Source: Klebsormidium nitens
Lineage: Eukaryota > Plantae > Klebsormidiophyceae
Length of the DNA: 64,000 bases
NCBI GenBank assembly: GCA_000708835.1
Contig: DF236969.1
Coordinates: 62,001-126,000 of the forward strand
Reading direction: 5' to 3'
The notes below the pieces were generated by a model. That model searched no databases, was not told the DNA's origin, and was given only the letters and a program-made list of their open reading frames with translations. Position numbers and translations under genes: made by a program. Shown here piece after piece: positions 60,301 to 64,000 of the stretch; position 1 is the stretch's first letter; each line of letters begins with the position of its first letter.

Positions 60301-61434
60301 CCAGTTGATCTGCTCCACTTGCAGAGAATTTTTCCCCTCAAACACGCTCACGGATGCTCCCCCGCTTATCTCCCCAGTACCATTTGCGAACGCAGCCCTC
60401 AAGACCCCACGGGTAAGTTCCAAGGTCCAGGGACACCTTTCTTCGGCTGCAAGGATCCCGTCTGCGATCTGTTGGTATAGTCCGACGAAGTCATCTTTTC
60501 TGCAGACTTTCCACTTCGGTCCTGTGCCGCAACCTCAGATGGTCGTTTTGTTGGTGTCGTCCGCTCGCTGATCCACGCTCTACCAAAACCTAGTCACTTG
60601 ATCAAGTCCGCTGCACGCAAGGGTCTGCACCACCTTGCTAAGGTGGAGGGAAGCAGATGAAGAACGGGTTATGAGATCTTGGAATGGATCCGGTGGGCTG
60701 ACAGTAGGGCGTCTTCACCATGCATCTTTTGGAGCACCAACGCCGTCTCTGCTGGAAAGGCGCTGCTATCGTTAATTATGAGAAGGGCTGCTAACAAAAT
60801 ACTGGTTCTCATCTTGTCCGATCAACTCCCTGCAGGCCATGACTAGAAAGATGAAGCAGGCAAACGGCAGCGTGGGTTACAGCCTGGAACTGACGGACGC
60901 CCTCGTGGCCCCCTGGATCATTTCACGGGTCTGTGAGGCGTTGAAGCAGTCCAGCTTGAAAGCACTGGATGCGAGGTAAGTTTAAAGTTCCAATCGGTAG
61001 CGCTTCAGCGATGATATGCTGGGTACTCTGACTCAGGAAGGCAAGCTTCATTGGTTGCGTGTTCGACATAAGAATGGACAACCTTCGCTACCGCAGGCAG
61101 CCGGTATGGATCAACCAGACAATCAGCGCGCTGATCCTTGGACGCTTGAATTTAAGGGCAATCGAATCTGACCATCTCCTCGTCACCTTGCAGCTTCGTT
61201 ACCGATCCGTTGTCACACTGTTTGAACGTACTCCCGTCCAATTCAAGTAGGAGCTCGCAGCTAGCTTCGTCAAGATTGGTCAGCACTGATCAAGGCGCGA
61301 AAGTCAGAGGTTGCTTGGACGAGCAGGAAGAGGTGCGATGGCAGCGAGCGTATAAGTTGGGCGTTGGGGTAGTAAGGCAGCTGAGGTATAAAGAAGGACG
61401 ATTCGTTGCGACGCTGAAGTGTAGTGTGGCTTAA
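57400..61434 (+). CDS. DONSON: DONSON (downstream neighbour of SON / humpty dumpty) replication factor; 5' exons unresolved
   Basis: Exons 57731-57936 (PPMDWSLKTSARFSSTTSFNW), 58192-58412, 58744-58839 (SLRSLYLMLRTRMCPVFY), 59141-59262 (AYITRSTRGMRDLF), 59510-59611 (GIQFVMPL), 59929-60038 (DSTPQSLLFFEG), 60325-60412 (PPLISPVPFANA), 60836-60975 (YSLEL..APW) and 61194-61434 match recalled DONSON motifs in order. Probable exon 57400-57516, and more upstream. Confidence 0.85.
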
Positions 61435-63173
61435 GCGCCTTCGCTTGCGACGAAATCTGAGGCGCCAAAGGATCTCTATGCTCTTAGCTCTGTAAGCTGC
61501 ACCGCAGCAAACAAATGATGATTCTGATCTGTTGCGACACTGTTATCAGTGGATCACCATTGCAAACCTGCCTGCAGATTATGGTCAGCTGCATCAGCTA
61601 CTCCTGAACTCGCATTCTCGTGCAACATTCTTTTCAGGAATCGAAATAGCTGACGAGCAATTCATTGTTGTTTACTTTTGTCAATTTGTCCTATAGCAAC
61701 GCCAACAGGAGATTGCTTCGGCATCTTAGTGAAGATAATAAATTGAGGCTGCAAGATGCTCGCGCAATAGCCTGGCTGCCAGATGGACGCGGGCCTACAT
61801 GACTGATAGTTCCCGCATATGTCGAGCGAGGATGGTGTGCATGTGGCGGCAGCTGTAAATAGTAGCGCAACATGAAGTCGATTAGTATGCATTCGTGGCT
61901 ACTCCATGCGCATTACATCTGCACCGAGCTCAGTAACATTTGAGCATCATGCCCACTCATGGGGGCGGGTACTCTTTTGTTGGGCCATGCGCTTCCACTG
62001 AACGCACGGGTTGATTTTCCAATCAAGTTCGCCATGCCGATTCGCAGCTGCATGAGTATGCAGGTTAGGGGCCAATCAAAATCAAGCCCGGCCATTGCCA
62101 ATGCATGTCAGCAATTGAAAATGGATGATGATCGATGGCCTCCCGGCCAATTGGGAGCTGTACATAAGGGCTTGGAGCTGTACATACACGGTTAGACCCT
62201 AGTTAGTTCTTGGTCGGTGGGTTTCAAGTTTGGCTGGGTCGGACCAGAAGTGATTAGTGTTGATTCTTAGCGATTCAACTTCAGATATACATTGGGATTA
62301 CATAGCCGTCTAGACAAAAAGTTGATACTATAAAAAATCTTATGTATTGACGTTGTTGTAATTGCTAGGATTCGAACGCTTGATCGTTAGGTGAGGACCC
62401 GTAGATAAATCCGTCCAATCACATGTACACTATTTCTTCGGCAGAGAATCGGTTGGCAAGGGTTCCTGAAGGCGCGCGACGGGATCGCTTCTCGCCAAGC
62501 ACCAACATGCAGCTGTACGCGTGTTCCGATCGACGATCCTGGACCGGGGCACGTGAACCGAGCCAATCACAATGGCGCACCCCTTTGACATCCATTGACC
62601 AAATCGAGTCAGGCCGACGGTTAACTTGAGGCTTCTCTTTTGTTTAGCTAGCCCCTGTACGATTAAGAAGGCTGAATGAACTGCCTTGGACGCTGGGACA
62701 TCTAAAAAGTTAACTTACCGGGAAAGGCTTCGGTAACTTCATAACGGAACCGGCTATTTTCAGGCTTCGATCAGCCTTCACCGGCACTCCTGGATTTCAT
62801 TGCAGGCCTCCCGGGGCTACCCCTTAGTACTACCGGGTACGACCGGGTTGAGGCTAACCTCTTATGCATGACAAGCCCCTGGCAAGCTCCTTATTTAGAT
62901 GTGCGGCTTCTAAATAATGGTAAATTTGTCTGCCTGAAATTAAGGTCGAACTTCCCTAATTCGACGATTTCAAAACCCTAATGCCGTGGGACGATGATCA
63001 TGAAGACGTCTTCATGCATATCTCATGCTTCGCTCCATCTTTTTGAGATCCGTCTTTTGCACATGAAAGGATACATCGGAAGGTACCTCCTAAGTCTTAG
63101 TCGGCAAAAACCAATAGCTGTAAGTGCCTGCCACGACGTGGCCAAAACATGCATTTCTCGGCGTTTTGTAACA

Positions 63174-63494
63174 NNNNNNNNNNNNNNNNNNNNNNNNNNN
63201 NNNNNNNNNNNNNNNNNNNNNNNNNNNNNNNNNNNNNNNNNNNNNNNNNNNNNNNNNNNNNNNNNNNNNNNNNNNNNNNNNNNNNNNNNNNNNNNNNNNN
63301 NNNNNNNNNNNNNNNNNNNNNNNNNNNNNNNNNNNNNNNNNNNNNNNNNNNNNNNNNNNNNNNNNNNNNNNNNNNNNNNNNNNNNNNNNNNNNNNNNNNN
63401 NNNNNNNNNNNNNNNNNNNNNNNNNNNNNNNNNNNNNNNNNNNNNNNNNNNNNNNNNNNNNNNNNNNNNNNNNNNNNNNNNNNNNNNNNNNNNN
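63174..63494. other. Assembly gap (N run)
   Basis: Run of n characters. Confidence 1.
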
Positions 63495-63760
63495 CACATT
63501 TGAAACTCTTCGTTTTCGCATGTTCAGAGACTTTCAAAATCGCCAGCCAGGAAAACCACTTTTCAAAATTCAAAAATTGAAAAAATTTTCAAAAATTTTC
63601 AAAATTCCGGTAAAAACGTCAAATCCTGGCGGGCTGCTTGCCCGCTTACGGTCCTCCCTGGCTGGCCGCCAGGATTTTCCGGCGAATTTTTCCCTGGCTG
63701 GCGCCAGAGTCAAAACCTTTCTTGCGCAGAGTTGCTGGCTGGCCGTTCGGTGCGGGCCCC
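63495..63760. repeat. Repeat-like fragment next to the gap with inverted gccagccagg/cctggctggc motifs and an A/T-rich tttcaaaa tract
   Basis: cgccagccaggaaaa at 63541 pairs with ttttccctggctggcg near 63688, with further cctggctggc variants. May be the end of a DNA transposon. Confidence 0.35.
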
Positions 63761-64000
63761 TGGACTTTTCGAGCATGGCACCCGGGGATTCGCTGGCTAC
63801 TGTATTGTAGCCTCAATTCAGGAAGCTCAAAATCTACAGGGTGCAACGAGCTCAGTGCTCTATGAAAGGTGGATTAGCTGGCCTTCAAGTTCAAGGCTCA
63901 GCAGACACCACCATAGAAGGTTGCTAGCTGATTACTATCGTTTAGAGTGACACTGCAAAAAGGGCCGGGCCCGCAGCTCAGTGTTCGATGGCCACGTAAC

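Noticed and set aside
62994-63580. ORFs spanning the N run
   Set aside because: Artefacts of the assembly gap.
1-64000. tRNA, rRNA or snRNA genes
   Set aside because: Several GTTCGA words (for example near 3072, 5152 and 44339) lack cloverleaf context. A manual scan cannot exclude small ncRNAs; tRNAscan-SE and Infernal would be decisive.

Overview
Eukaryotic, intron-rich (GT-AG) DNA with GC-rich exons and plant-type genes. A streptophyte alga such as Klebsormidium is my inference, not something the sequence proves. Genes were assembled by hand from splice sites and reading frames. In order: (1) a convergent pair of paralogous genes with an allene-oxide-cyclase/dirigent-like beta-barrel, the complete copy having a signal peptide and a Cys-rich N-terminus; (2) exosome subunit RRP45; (3) a bacterial-type YnfA/UPF0060 membrane protein gene ending only 198 nt before the RRP45 ATG; (4) CWF19L2; (5) two head-to-head MYND zinc-finger genes; (6) a roughly 12-kb inverted duplication carrying two divergently transcribed ionotropic-glutamate-receptor-like genes of about 500-520 aa, centred on a near-perfect hairpin, with a re-inverted pseudogene fragment of the neighbouring gene on the left; (7) a Munc13/PATROL1-like MUN-domain gene; (8) DONSON; (9) an assembly gap. 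The strongest oddities are these. The iGluR-like pair lacks the N-terminal domain and the canonical amino-acid-binding Arg and has an unusual pore loop. Introns of CWF19L2, RRP45 and one iGluR copy contain repeated 'echoes' of their own exon edges, including an array of six copies of a splice acceptor. A small foldback element has an identical G-rich core in two copies but divergent, self-complementary arms. No tRNA, rRNA or CRISPR array was recognised. All family assignments come from recalled motifs, with no database search.
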